Positions 40,778-51,783 of a DNA stretch of 64,000 bases are shown in pieces. Source of the stretch: Barthelona sp. PCE (Eukaryota). The notes under the pieces are model-generated. The model was not told where the DNA came from, searched no databases, and saw only the letters and a list, made by a program, of their open reading frames with translations. How positions within the stretch are numbered: the stretch's first letter is position 1; the number at the start of each line of letters is the position of its first letter. The translations under genes and the position numbers were made by a program. Location: NCBI GenBank assembly GCA_040285745.1, contig JAUFOR010000002.1, positions 1,984,001 through 2,048,000 of the forward strand. Direction: 5' to 3'.

Positions 40778-43700
40778 ATGGACTTCCTACCTAGCATTAA
40801 AGTTAGCGCGAAAGCAGAGAGCAGGGAGACACTTTTTGAACACAAAGCACCTTCAGCAAAGCCGAAGCGAACAAAGAACGATCAACCTCAGAAGAAGCAG
40901 TTCATTGATGAAAACCTTGAGGAAACAGTCGTTTCATTCACAAATGATAACCTACAGAAGGGCTTCCTGGCTCTAGGTGTCGTCTCTGACATTTTCGGCG
41001 ACAGACTCCTCGTTCAGTTACCTTGTAACACAACTGCAATCGTTACAGCTGACGACTTCGGTGATGACTTCGAGGAGGAGCTCGAACGCAGAGAAACAAC
41101 TATTCAGGATATATATCCCATTGGAACATATCTTTCTTGTTGTGTGATTGACACTGAAGACGGCATCGACGTATCATGTGATCCATCCGTCATCAACGCA
41201 GGCACCGCTCTCACTGATTACGTTCCTAAAACAAATGTTTGGGTTAGAATCGAATCTTTTGAGGATCTCGGTGTTTTGTTTTCTGTCAACAAGTCCGTTC
41301 GTGGTTACGCCGCTTACTCAGACATTGCATTCGCCAAAGATTCTATCCCTGTCGGTTCATGTATGTATCTCCTAGTTGATAGCATTGGGTCAGTACTGAA
41401 GCTTAAACGCGGTTTCAAGATCCTTAAGAACCCCAAGGAGCGAGTTTCCTTCGATACAATCAGGCCTGGTGCAGTCATCAACGGTCATATCACCGCCAAG
41501 ACAAAGAACGGTATCTCTCTGAATTACTTTGGTTTCAATGGTCAGGTAAACTTGATTTACAGTGACGTATCTATCATGAACGACCTCCGTGTGCACAAAT
41601 CGCTCACAACAACAGTTATTGGTGTGGATACTGTCGAACGCCGTCTGTTTTGCTCGTCATTAACCCATATTCGCAACAGATCCACCCCAGAACTCCCACC
41701 AATCAGTTCTATCCTCGAAAACGTCGTGTGTTACCATGTCACAAAGAACGGTGCATTCGGAAGCACAGGCGATGCTAATGTATTCCTTCCTCGTATGAAG
41801 TACATGCCCCAGTATATTCCCGACACCCTCCGTGTCATGGTCCCCGTCCGTGTAACCACACATAACGTCTTTGACGGTCTCTGCCTGGTGGACTCCAGGG
41901 ATGAGGTGGTAAAGGCGCGCCACATCACAGCAGGTGACTACACTTGCGGTGAGACTGTTGACGCCGTTGTCACAGAGGTGCTTTATGATAAGCTCAATGT
42001 TAAAATTGATAACGTTAAGGGAAGCGTCACGCAAATGCACTCTTCAGATGTTCCTCTCAGCGATACCGCTTTCAATGCCAAGTTTAAGAAGGGTATGCGG
42101 ATTCGCTGTGTTGTTTACGATGTCGGTGGCAAATACCTCCGCCTTTCTATGAAGAAAACACTCGTTGCCAACGCTGATAAGATTCCTGCATCTTTCAGTG
42201 CTCTCCAGGAGAGAATCGGTGATACTACATTCGGTGTTGTCACTGGAATCAAGGGTTTCGGCGCCTTCATTACATTCTTCGGTGGTGTCTCCGGTATCCT
42301 ACCTGACACATACGGTCTTTCCATTGGTCATATCGTCAAGGTCCGCATTGTTGAAGTCGACGCTGATCGTGGTCGCGTTTCACTCGCTCCCGCCAAGTCG
42401 ATCAAGGCCCCCATCTCCGTCGGTGATGCCTTCAAAGGTCTTGTAACAAAGATAGTCGAACAAGGTGTATTCGTCAAGTTCGCTAATAGATCAGGATATA
42501 TTCCTATCAACCATCTGCACGATTTCCCTGCAATCGCATCCGCCACACATCAAAGTCTTCAGGAAGGCGCCCCAATGGAAGGCGTCATTCTCAGAGTTGA
42601 CTCGAGACGAGATAAAATTACACTTTCATGTAAGCAGACTTTTATCTCTAGTTTCCCTGTTGATACAATCGAAGGTTTGGCTGTCGGTCAAGTAATGATC
42701 GGTTATGTTCGCTCCATTACCGCCAAGAAGCTATTTGTGGGTCTCGGTGGTGAACTGGTTGGTACCGTCTCCGCGCACACATGCAACCTTCCAGAGGGTA
42801 TGACTCTCGACGAAGCATTCATGCCCCACCAGACTCTTATCGTTTCTGTCAAGCACACTCGCCCCAAACTGATCCTCTCCATCAATCCATCAGTTGCCAG
42901 CGTCGACCTCGACTCTCTCATTGTGCAGGGTGTTGTTGAGGCTCTCCCCACACCCAGTTTTGAAAACTTCGAGGTTGGTGCTGTTTTTTCAGGCCGTGTT
43001 ATATCTACAGATGAAACAACATTCACTTTCTCACCCGAGAACGACAACATGCTCGATGTCGAGATCCCCTTCGCCCTGTCACACAAGCTTGAGGTTGGTT
43101 CCAAGACTTCCGTGCGTGTCATCCACTACGACGGTGATAGTGATATTCTTATTGGTACTAACACCCCCGAGCTTGTTAAGCAACCCGAGGAAATCGTTGA
43201 TATCAAGCGCATGGGTGCCACCATTGTCTATGTTGGTGTTTCCATTGCCGTAGCTATCACCGCCGGAGGTCATATTGTTTGCGTTCCTGCTGCCAGCCCC
43301 AACACTATCGCCACACACTTACACGCAATCATTAACGAAGAAGAGGTCAACCACACACCAATGACCAAGACCGACGTATACGTATCAAAGGTTGTTGATG
43401 GCATCGGATACGGTATCGTTTGCTCGGACTTTGTCTCGGACAAGCAGTTCTCCCGTGTCTCCATGCCTGACGTTGCTGATTTGAACCCCAGTGTCAATTT
43501 CAGAGAAGTCAATCCTGATGTACCAGTCGAGGCACGCATCACTGAGAAGAAGGGCACTTATGTCGCTGTAGCACTTGCTCCTGGAGTCACAGGTCGCCTA
43601 TACGCTCACGATTTCGACGATTTCAGCCAGCTAACAGTTGGTGACGTTATTGAGAACGTTTTCTACTCCGTCGCCAACCGCGCTTTATCACGTACCGCCA

Positions 43701-46021
43701 ACACATTTATTAGAGCTTCTGATCTGATCGAGGGCAACCAGTACAAGGCAACAGTGTCCCACTTTTCGCATTCATGTGTCTGGTTCTCTTTTGCAGGTAT
43801 TAAGGCAGCATGTGCTTTGGTCAACATGTCTTCTAATGTTTCTGTCTTGAGCGACGTCAAGCGCCACTTCCCCATCGGTTCCGTTCACACTATCACTTTG
43901 TTACAAGCTGGTGTGCGACAGTATGATGTTACTCTTTTGCCTGAGATCAACGAAGATTACCTCACTGAGGGCGCAGTTGTTCCCTGCCAAGTCACTTCGA
44001 CTAAGTCAAACGGTTGCTTCGTGCAGTTGCCCGGAGACAAGAGCTCCCGTGGTTTCGTCAGCTTTACTGACTTTGCTGATGACCTGACCCAAGACGTCAT
44101 TTCTGCTGTCTCCAAGAGAAGCATCCATCTGTGCGTGCTCATTAAGCGCAACGAGGCTCTCTGGCAGTGCTCCCTCCGCCAATCTGAAATTTCACAGTTC
44201 CATTCTGGCGAGGTACCGTCCAATAACAAGGTGTGGACTCTCCGCAACCTTGGCGTCGGTGCCAAGGTCCGTGCAGTCGTCAAGTCCGTCACAAGACACG
44301 GTGTGTACTTTGTTATCTCCCGTTCAATCGATGCCATGGCCAAGTTCTCGTTGCTTTCCGATGCCAGGATCGCTCACAATGAGATCGAGAAGGCCTTCCC
44401 CGTCGGCTCAGTACACGATGCCGTTGTCACAAGAAAGAAGGGTGACAAGTTCTCCATCTCCCTCAAGTCAGCCGACTTGCAGCGCGAGTATCTCACATTC
44501 AGCAGCCTTTCCGTTGGCCAGATCATCAGCGCCGTCGTGTGTAACGTCACCGACTTTGGTGTTTTCTGCTTCCTCGGTGTTGAAGAGATGCCCACAAAGA
44601 AGGAGCGCAGTGGTCTGCTGACCGGACTGTGTCACATCTCTAATGCACTCCCCGATGAGGAACAGAGCCCCGTCATGCTCCAGTCCACGTACAAGGTTGG
44701 TGCCCCCGTTAAGGCCAAGGTCGTCAAGCTCGACGGTTCCAAGCGCACTGTCAGTCTTGGTCTCAAGCCTGAACTGTTTAGCAGTGAGGAAATTGCTCAG
44801 TTCATGGTTGCTGAAAGCGACGTTGAGGTCGAGAGCGATGATGACGCCGATCTTTTCATGGAGTCTGCCTCCAAACCCGAGAAGGTTGCCGAAGAACCCG
44901 TTGAGGAGGAAGATAGCCGTATGGTTGCTGCATTTGAGGATGAGGAAGACGATGATGTCGAAGCCATCTCCATGAACATGGGCAACGAGGACGAGGATGA
45001 GGATAATCAATTTGAATCACTTAATCCCGCAGCTATGTTTGCACCAAAGACCGCCTCTGAGAAGTTAGAGCCCGAGAAGGCCCGTAAGGGTCGCCGTGAG
45101 GTTTCTGAAACCAGAGTCCGTCAGGAGTCCCTTCAACAGGACAATAGCCAAATGTCTGCTGACGATTACGAGCGTCTGATATTGTCTGCCCCCGATTCCT
45201 CCGCCATTTGGCAAGAGTACTGCGCACATCTCGTCGGACAGGCTGATATCGCCGGTGCACGTGCCCTTCTTGAGCGCGCAATCATGACAATTGCTGACGA
45301 GGAGCAGGATGAGCGCCACAAGATATGGATTGCAATGATACATATGGAGCTCGAGTTTGGTGACTATGGTACACTCTATGATGTGTACAAGCGCGCAAAG
45401 AAGCTCGCAAACCACTTCAAGATCCTCGAATCGCTCACAAAGATCGGTTTAACCATCAAGGACGAGTACGTGTTCAAGAAGTTTACTGCGTTCAGATGCA
45501 AGAAGTTGGGTGATCTCCCCGAGAGTTGGATTGACTTCTACAGTGGTCTTCTCTCTTTGCAGAAGGAGCCCGAAGAGTGGAAGCGTATTCCTGAAGAGAT
45601 TGAGGCTGATAAACAACTGCGCGTGTCACCACAGTACTCTCGACTCAGTCGTGAGGATATCTTTGAGCGTGCCCTCAAGAACTTGACCTCCTCCAACAAG
45701 TCGATGTTTATGATTCGTTGCGCCAAGGAGCATTACAAATTGGAAGATACAGAAGAAGGCCGTGCCATATTCGAGCGCTGTGTTGTTGATTTCCCCAAGA
45801 AAACGTTTGTTTGGAAGGTGTACATTGAGGCTGAAGAGAAAATTGAACAGTTTGAGTACGTTCGACAATTATATCAACGTGTTATTAGTCTTGATATGCG
45901 TGAGACTATCGCATTACCTTTCTTTAAGCGTTATCTCCTCTTTGAAAAGTTACACGGTACTAAGGAGCTCGTACAGCAGGTCAAGCAGGCTGCAGCTGAA
46001 TACTCTACACAATTTCAGTAA
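40778..46021 (+). CDS. RRP5: rRNA biogenesis protein Rrp5 (tandem S1 domains, acidic linker, HAT repeats)
   Basis: Many S1 repeats (e.g. VCNVTDFGVF...GLCHISN), then DYERLILSAPDSSAIW and GRAIFE...PKKTFVWKVYIEAE. Likely ATG at 40778. Confidence 0.93.
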   Translation: MDFLPSIKVSAKAESRETLFEHKAPSAKPKRTKNDQPQKKQFIDENLEETVVSFTNDNLQKGFLALGVVSDIFGDRLLVQLPCNTTAIVTADDFGDDFEEELERRETTIQDIYPIGTYLSCCVIDTEDGIDVSCDPSVINAGTALTDYVPKTNVWVRIESFEDLGVLFSVNKSVRGYAAYSDIAFAKDSIPVGSCMYLLVDSIGSVLKLKRGFKILKNPKERVSFDTIRPGAVINGHITAKTKNGISLNYFGFNGQVNLIYSDVSIMNDLRVHKSLTTTVIGVDTVERRLFCSSLTHIRNRSTPELPPISSILENVVCYHVTKNGAFGSTGDANVFLPRMKYMPQYIPDTLRVMVPVRVTTHNVFDGLCLVDSRDEVVKARHITAGDYTCGETVDAVVTEVLYDKLNVKIDNVKGSVTQMHSSDVPLSDTAFNAKFKKGMRIRCVVYDVGGKYLRLSMKKTLVANADKIPASFSALQERIGDTTFGVVTGIKGFGAFITFFGGVSGILPDTYGLSIGHIVKVRIVEVDADRGRVSLAPAKSIKAPISVGDAFKGLVTKIVEQGVFVKFANRSGYIPINHLHDFPAIASATHQSLQEGAPMEGVILRVDSRRDKITLSCKQTFISSFPVDTIEGLAVGQVMIGYVRSITAKKLFVGLGGELVGTVSAHTCNLPEGMTLDEAFMPHQTLIVSVKHTRPKLILSINPSVASVDLDSLIVQGVVEALPTPSFENFEVGAVFSGRVISTDETTFTFSPENDNMLDVEIPFALSHKLEVGSKTSVRVIHYDGDSDILIGTNTPELVKQPEEIVDIKRMGATIVYVGVSIAVAITAGGHIVCVPAASPNTIATHLHAIINEEEVNHTPMTKTDVYVSKVVDGIGYGIVCSDFVSDKQFSRVSMPDVADLNPSVNFREVNPDVPVEARITEKKGTYVAVALAPGVTGRLYAHDFDDFSQLTVGDVIENVFYSVANRALSRTANTFIRASDLIEGNQYKATVSHFSHSCVWFSFAGIKAACALVNMSSNVSVLSDVKRHFPIGSVHTITLLQAGVRQYDVTLLPEINEDYLTEGAVVPCQVTSTKSNGCFVQLPGDKSSRGFVSFTDFADDLTQDVISAVSKRSIHLCVLIKRNEALWQCSLRQSEISQFHSGEVPSNNKVWTLRNLGVGAKVRAVVKSVTRHGVYFVISRSIDAMAKFSLLSDARIAHNEIEKAFPVGSVHDAVVTRKKGDKFSISLKSADLQREYLTFSSLSVGQIISAVVCNVTDFGVFCFLGVEEMPTKKERSGLLTGLCHISNALPDEEQSPVMLQSTYKVGAPVKAKVVKLDGSKRTVSLGLKPELFSSEEIAQFMVAESDVEVESDDDADLFMESASKPEKVAEEPVEEEDSRMVAAFEDEEDDDVEAISMNMGNEDEDEDNQFESLNPAAMFAPKTASEKLEPEKARKGRREVSETRVRQESLQQDNSQMSADDYERLILSAPDSSAIWQEYCAHLVGQADIAGARALLERAIMTIADEEQDERHKIWIAMIHMELEFGDYGTLYDVYKRAKKLANHFKILESLTKIGLTIKDEYVFKKFTAFRCKKLGDLPESWIDFYSGLLSLQKEPEEWKRIPEEIEADKQLRVSPQYSRLSREDIFERALKNLTSSNKSMFMIRCAKEHYKLEDTEEGRAIFERCVVDFPKKTFVWKVYIEAEEKIEQFEYVRQLYQRVISLDMRETIALPFFKRYLLFEKLHGTKELVQQVKQAAAEYSTQFQ

Positions 46022-46048
46022 AAATCATTTATTTGGTTGCTTATTCGT

Positions 46049-46462
46049 CTAGTTTGGTCGAATAGGATTATCTTTTGCATTAACTGGTTTTGCTGGTGAG
46101 GGTCCTACCAATGGACCACTTGGGAAGTTAAAAATCTGCGGTTCACCATTACGAGGTAACAATGTGATAAAATCACGATTTTCAATGCAGGAGATAACTG
46201 CACTAAGTTCTTTAGTGGTAGGGTATACATGTTTCTTAATTCTTCCAACATCGGTATCTAAATTTTTAAACATAACAGCTTCAGCAAGTATTTCCTTCAA
46301 AGCATCATTCATATATGTATACACCTCATTATACATAAAGCATTGCATGTACAATTCGCTCATTCTATTGATATAAGAATCTACATCTCCAAGGGAATTT
46401 AAAACCGTGTCAATTCTTTCAAAACTTAATTTATCAAAATTAAATTTATATTTGCGGCTCAA
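46049..46462 (-). CDS. Hypothetical ORF or 5'-truncated gene fragment
   Basis: 137 open, protein-like codons with a TTG start and an in-frame stop three codons upstream. First ATG only at residue 33. Confidence 0.35.
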   Translation of the reverse strand: MSRKYKFNFDKLSFERIDTVLNSLGDVDSYINRMSELYMQCFMYNEVYTYMNDALKEILAEAVMFKNLDTDVGRIKKHVYPTTKELSAVISCIENRDFITLLPRNGEPQIFNFPSGPLVGPSPAKPVNAKDNPIRPN

Positions 46463-46654
46463 TTCATCTTCTTAGGGTTTGCCAAATATAGATTATAGAT
46501 TTACTAATGTCGTAACATTGAATGATAGGGAACGCTAATGTAAACATATAGGTTTTGAATATAGGTTTTGGATACAGATTAATCAGATTTGATTGCTTTA
46601 TTCTTGGAGTTGCAGCAGTTGAAAAAAAGGTGTCTAAACATCATAAACATATAT

Positions 46655-47350
46655 TTATTGTTGTGTTATCGTTATATATGGTAACACAGGTGTTCCTGGA
46701 ACGACACGAGCCATAAATAAACCATAATAATTATCGTCTCCAATTCGTTGTTGATTACTACTAATATTATTCTTCAATCTACTGAAAGCACTTTCAACAG
46801 CGTTGTTAGAGGGTGAGTAGAATTTGAAAGGAGTAAGGAAATTTTTAAAGCTCGATTGAAGATAACTTGGCAGTGCAGTGTAACCCCTAACTAAGGCTAT
46901 ACGGATCATTTCCGAATTGACAAACTTAGAGGAACCTTCTTCTCCATCAAAAAACTTTCGAACACTATCATTATTTAAATAATCCAGAGCATCGTCAACC
47001 GTTCTTGCAGATTGCGGTTCTGAAGATGTCCTCTGTAATTGGCGCGGTAGTTCCATTACGTTAGCAGAGCTCGCTGCAGCAATTCTAGCTTTTCGCCGTT
47101 GTGATTCGGGAGATTTATAATACTCGGATGCATTGTCATATTGTTGACGATTATTCGGCTCCAAATCTAGTTGTAGTGGTTCTTCTGGCGGCATAATGGG
47201 ATCATTAGGTGAGTAAGCAAAGTGTTTGGAATCTTGTAGCACACATGCAATATAACCAACCAAACCTCTCACCTTTTCACCCCTGTTTTCGGCATAATAG
47301 ACATAACTCAAAAGCATACTGAGACCAATTTGTGAAGTGGGAGGTATCAA
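46655..47350 (-). pseudogene. C-terminal fragment of the hAT-like transposase (catalytic E, dimerisation domain)
   Basis: SPSNNAVESAFSRLKNNISSNQQRI with the E codon at 46793-46795. Overlaps the core fragment in the +1 frame. Confidence 0.65.
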
Positions 47351-49541
47351 AACAACCTGTTGTTGTGTTGGGTTTCTGTTTATCAGGGTTCAATCGTGAT
47401 CGAAGGAAATGGTAACACATAGTTACTTTGAGTCCGTTAAGAGTTTCTGTTGTCAAATCTTTATCAACATATTTGATGCTCAACTGGGAGAGATAATTAG
47501 CTGTAGCTGTATCACCAAAATCAAAACCACTTAACTTAACTGAATCTAAATCACACATCAAAAAAGCTACTAATGCTTGAGCTTGAATGAATTTCTCACT
47601 CAAATATCGAACAACATACATCTCCAAAGCATTTGTGTAACGTAAAACAAAACTATTGTTGGCGAACCTCTCCTTCAAAAACGTTAAAACTACAAGCATT
47701 TGTGAAATCTCACAGTAAACATTCAACACGCTGTATCGAGCAGAGCAAGCAATACGCTGGATCAAAATAAATCTCTCCATAATTATCCTGTATATCTTAC
47801 TACATTCCCAAAGATCCTCTCCTAGTTTGAACTCTTCTTTCAATTCATCGGGCCGAAAACACATAGTGAATACACGGAAGAAGTCTTCAGTTGCTTGCCA
47901 ACGTACATTATCTAACTTATTATCATCATTTTCTAAAAATATCTTCCACAACTCAACATTGATCAACGATTGAACATATGCGAAGAACTTGAGTTCCACG
48001 TGTTCCTTCTGTATGATTGATGCCATGGTAATAATGGGAATATTGCAATGTATGTATGAGAATTTTTTGTATCTATCATACATCTCCTTCAGTCTATCTG
48101 AATCTTCAATTTCAACACCTGCCTCGTTTCTGATCTTGTCATTAACCCTCAGACCCATATATTTCCTATCTTGTCCGAGCTCTTTGAGTACTTGAAGCTT
48201 GCGATTCTCATACCCCATTAAAAAATCTTCACAAATCATAGGGTTGCTCTTCAACTCTGCATCTGAAGGCTCAATGACTTCACAATCAACCTTATTGTTC
48301 CAACGATTGATAGGGTTTTTCTCGATGCTAATTCCTGCATTACGGAATGTCTTCAAAAGACAAATAGATTTAACTTTTTTGAAGTAGTTTGAATCAATAC
48401 TGGGAACACTTGCACCACCATTGAAATAGTTTAAGATCAACCGGAATTCAGCTAAAAGACTTTTTTGTCCGTTGGTAATCATTTCTCCTAACTCCTTCCA
48501 ATTCATAACGTTTAATAAATTGGACCAGCATCTTTCTGCATCCTCTAATACGAGGTTAAACGTCATCGACTTGGTGATCAAGTTGTGCGATATGTGTGCA
48601 AAGCATGGAGAGTGCATAAACTGTTCATGATGGCGGGATAGCATTTCACACAACATAATTTCAGGATTACCACCATCAGTTCCAATGATGATCCTCACAT
48701 TTTCTTCAATATATGATGATGCAAATGTTAATTCAATCTCTCTTTTAGCATCCAATTTGTACGTTACTTTCTCTGGAAATGTGGATATGGTATTTTCTAC
48801 CATTATTGGAGATTTTCCATGAAATAAGAAAGTAGGTAATGAATAAGTCTTCAAAATTCCTCTGTCAACTAAGAAATCAAGCAGCCAAATACCCAGATCA
48901 TACGCTGTTTTTCCCGTAACTGAGGTTCGGTGAAAAGGAGGCTCACCATAACTTCTAACGCCATTAATCTTTTGGCATAGGACAACAAGGTTCTTATTTT
49001 TAAGCCAGTCAAGATATCTAATGACATCTATTGTCATAGTGTTGCTTATAAAAACTTCAGTTTTTTCATTAAAAATTTCATGCTCTGGTGGAGGTACATT
49101 ATGTTCACCAAAATTTGGCACATCAAGCATGATGATGATAGACTCACGACCATCTAATCTTGAAGCATCATACTGCAAACATATTGGCAAGTCTTTTTCA
49201 ATAAAAATCTTTAACAACCATTCAGTGATAAATGCATGAAAATTAGTTATAATACGGAGGTATTTAAAGAATGCTCCTTCCACCCCCCGCTTGGTGGTGA
49301 ACTCATCCTTAATACTTTCTTTCGCGTTCCTAAGACTATTTGCTAATACTAGCTTAGAGAAGTATCTGGAAACATGTTTTGAATTGTCATTAATCACATT
49401 TTCATTGTTAATTCTAACAGACATCGCTACTATATTCCTATTTTCGCATGTAGAAATATTTGAAAGAAAGGGATTATAAAGAATATTCGGGATTTCGCAT
49501 TCAAACAACCTTTTGGCTACACTGTACTTCAAACTATACAC
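47277..49541 (-). pseudogene. Core fragment of the hAT-like transposase (RNase H-like domain with D, D, CxxH, RW)
   Basis: 754-codon frame with a GTG start. D codons at about 49168 and 48676; CFAH at about 48600. Confidence 0.7.
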
Positions 49542-49543
49542 CT

Positions 49544-50166
49544 TTAACCAAAACTTTGCACAAAAAAACTTGAACTCTTGTGATACGATAAGGGTGGATT
49601 GTAAATCGCATCTTTAACCCTTTTTGTGATGTTCTTACCTTCATATTTAATTATTCTGCCGTTATTTGCGCAATCTATCAAAGTTTGGTAATCCTTTTTT
49701 AGCTTTTCAGAATAAGGGTAATTTGGGTTTTTGACTATAGATGCACACAGCATTCTTAAACGATTTAGAAAAGGTAGCATGTTATATACAGCTTGCCCCG
49801 TTAATGGATCTATCAGCTTAAACAGCCAATTTTTGAGTGATATTGCATTTTTTTGTATCTACCTACATCAGCACCATCCCTCAAAATGTTGTTAAAAAAT
49901 GAGTCTTTGTTGGCAATAGGGATCAGCCTGCAAGAGAAATCTTTATACGAACAGGGCAAATGTATTAAATTGTGAATATCAACCCTTTTCTTGAACTCTA
50001 TACCTTGACTGTTATAAATCGCTTCCACAACAAGATCGTTAGTGCCTGGATCAGGTGCAGGGTTTTCATCGTTATATAGCGTAGGTTTTTGAATTTCATA
50101 TTCTTCTTCAACCATTAAGAAGTTATCCTCTCTTGATATGAGCAGTTCTGAGAGAGGGTATGCCAT
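49544..50166 (-). pseudogene. Two probable N-terminal fragments of the same gene
   Basis: The 117-aa and 78-aa ORFs each overlap an open -1 frame that leads into the next fragment. Each overlap contains a 7-nt homopolymer. Confidence 0.5.
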
Positions 50167-50247
50167 CTGTCAACTTTGTTTTTATACTCGTTGTTAGATA
50201 GGGGTGATTAAAGTAATTCCAGTTTTTTTAGAAATCTGGACTGAAAT

Positions 50248-51783
50248 CTATAAAATCAAATAAATTGAATGTTGGACATAGGTGTTTACTAATACATATG
50301 GTCTCTTGCGCACAACTAGATTTCCACTAATTACGATATAGGTCCAATCATGGAAGTTCGAATGCCTATCTTGTATAAACTTAAACTCACTTTGTTTGCT
50401 TAATATGATCCGTTGTTCTTCCGCACTATTAGATTGGTGTTCAATTGTACGTTTCCTACGTTTCCAACCTTCTTTCCAGAATTTCAAAACTCTTTCTTTA
50501 AAATAATCTAGCACATAACCAACACTTTCTCTCTTCAAATCTTCAAGTTTCAATTCCTGTTGGATCTCTTCCACATCTTCTGAATCAACATTGAACCATA
50601 CACAATGAATAACATCACTGAAAGCACCAAAATTCTCTTCTTCCACATGTCTATTGTTTGCAGCTAATAATAGACGCATCTGCAAAATAGAAGATTCATC
50701 AAAAAAGTTTTTACGCTGCAAAACAGAATCATCAAAAAAACATTTTTCTTCCCAAATACCACACGGAACAGAAATAAAGTCGCAAGGAATTGCTGTAAAC
50801 ATCTTATATGAAGAATACGTTTGTGAACCGTGATGTGGTTGCACGAGATAGTCCACATGATGAAATGTACTTTGACTGAATACAATCATTATTTCAGAGA
50901 AATTCATATCTCCAGTTAACAAACAACGATAAGGATGGCCGGAGCTCGCAGTCTCAACCTCAAACTCCACAGCAAAAGATTCTTTGTTTTCATTTGCATT
51001 TGGTGGCGGTATGTAAATGATTGTCTTGAAAGGTCTCCCTTCCGAGGATTTACGTACAAAATAATAAAACGGACGAACTCTAAAAATTTTGGAATTTTTG
51101 ATGTCATTATTCGGAATGTCGTTCCTTTCCCATCCAGAATTTCTTAGAATGTCCCAATTCGGATCATTGAGATCACGTTCAATAATTCTGACACGCTTAA
51201 TAATATCTCCATTGCTGTTCTTAACCACTCTATTCCACTTTTCACAATCAGGCTCAAAATAATTCTTATCTTCTTCAAGCCAACATGCAATCAAACCTCC
51301 ACTGATTGCATCAGTGTAACCTTTATGGTCTGCATGATCGTGAGTAATGAATATCTCAACTTCATCAGCTCCTGCAAGAAGCTGATCGCTTGACATCAAC
51401 AATTCTACAACTTCCTCACCTGAAGCATCTGTTAATACTCCAGTATCCACAATAGCAGCGTAGTTTTCGATACGGACCACGTAAAATGCGTAGTGCTTCA
51501 CAGTAGGTAAACAAATGTAAGAAACAAACATAGGAAACTTCAAATTGTTAAAAAATTGAGTTGGAGTGAAAGGTTGAGGAGCAGGAGTTGAAATACTCTC
51601 AGTCTTGGTGGGAGTTGAAATACTCTCAGTCTTGGTGGGAGTTGAAATATTTTCACGCTTGGTGGGAGTTGAAATATTTTCACGCTTGGTGGGAGTTTGA
51701 CGGTTTGATGTGCCTGAAACTTCAGCTTTTGGCGAGTTTGAGGCGGTATTTCCGTTACCATTGGTAAGATTCTCAGTAGACAT
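50248..51783 (-). CDS. Stand-alone ComEC/Rec2-type metallo-beta-lactamase-fold hydrolase, copy 1
   Basis: IVDTG, ITHDHADH, NKES, LLTGDM and DYLVQPHHGS. No transmembrane competence domain. Confidence 0.85.
   Translation of the reverse strand: MSTENLTNGNGNTASNSPKAEVSGTSNRQTPTKRENISTPTKRENISTPTKTESISTPTKTESISTPAPQPFTPTQFFNNLKFPMFVSYICLPTVKHYAFYVVRIENYAAIVDTGVLTDASGEEVVELLMSSDQLLAGADEVEIFITHDHADHKGYTDAISGGLIACWLEEDKNYFEPDCEKWNRVVKNSNGDIIKRVRIIERDLNDPNWDILRNSGWERNDIPNNDIKNSKIFRVRPFYYFVRKSSEGRPFKTIIYIPPPNANENKESFAVEFEVETASSGHPYRCLLTGDMNFSEIMIVFSQSTFHHVDYLVQPHHGSQTYSSYKMFTAIPCDFISVPCGIWEEKCFFDDSVLQRKNFFDESSILQMRLLLAANNRHVEEENFGAFSDVIHCVWFNVDSEDVEEIQQELKLEDLKRESVGYVLDYFKERVLKFWKEGWKRRKRTIEHQSNSAEEQRIILSKQSEFKFIQDRHSNFHDWTYIVISGNLVVRKRPYVLVNTYVQHSIYLIL
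51584..51697. repeat. 27-bp coding tandem repeat, 4 copies plus a partial
   Basis: ggagttgaaatactctcagtcttggtg twice, then ggagttgaaatattttcacgcttggtg twice. Encodes TPTKRENIS/TPTKTESIS. Confidence 0.95.

Larger units (their letters stand above)
46655..50166 (-). mobile_element. Divergent hAT-superfamily DDE transposase-like gene interrupted by three frame changes
   Basis: hAT motifs in order: ICLQYDAS (first D), TGKTAYDL...LVDRGI, IGTDGGNPE (second D), HSPCFAHISHNLI (CxxH), NVRWQAT (RW), then YSPSNNAVESAFSRLK (catalytic E, dimerisation domain). No TIR or TSD found. Confidence 0.75.

Noticed and set aside
46473-46486. TAGGGTTTGCCA as a left TIR
   Set aside because: It resembles some hAT ends, but I found no matching inverted copy on the other side of the block.
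47272-50210. CAGGGGTG/TAGGGGTG words (47278-47285 minus, 50199 plus) as hAT terminal inverted repeats
   Set aside because: They point outward rather than enclosing the transposase, one lies inside coding sequence, and no TSD is seen.
51584-51697. 27-bp repeats as a CRISPR array
   Set aside because: The units are contiguous with no spacers, are a multiple of three and lie in frame in a CDS. No cas genes are present.
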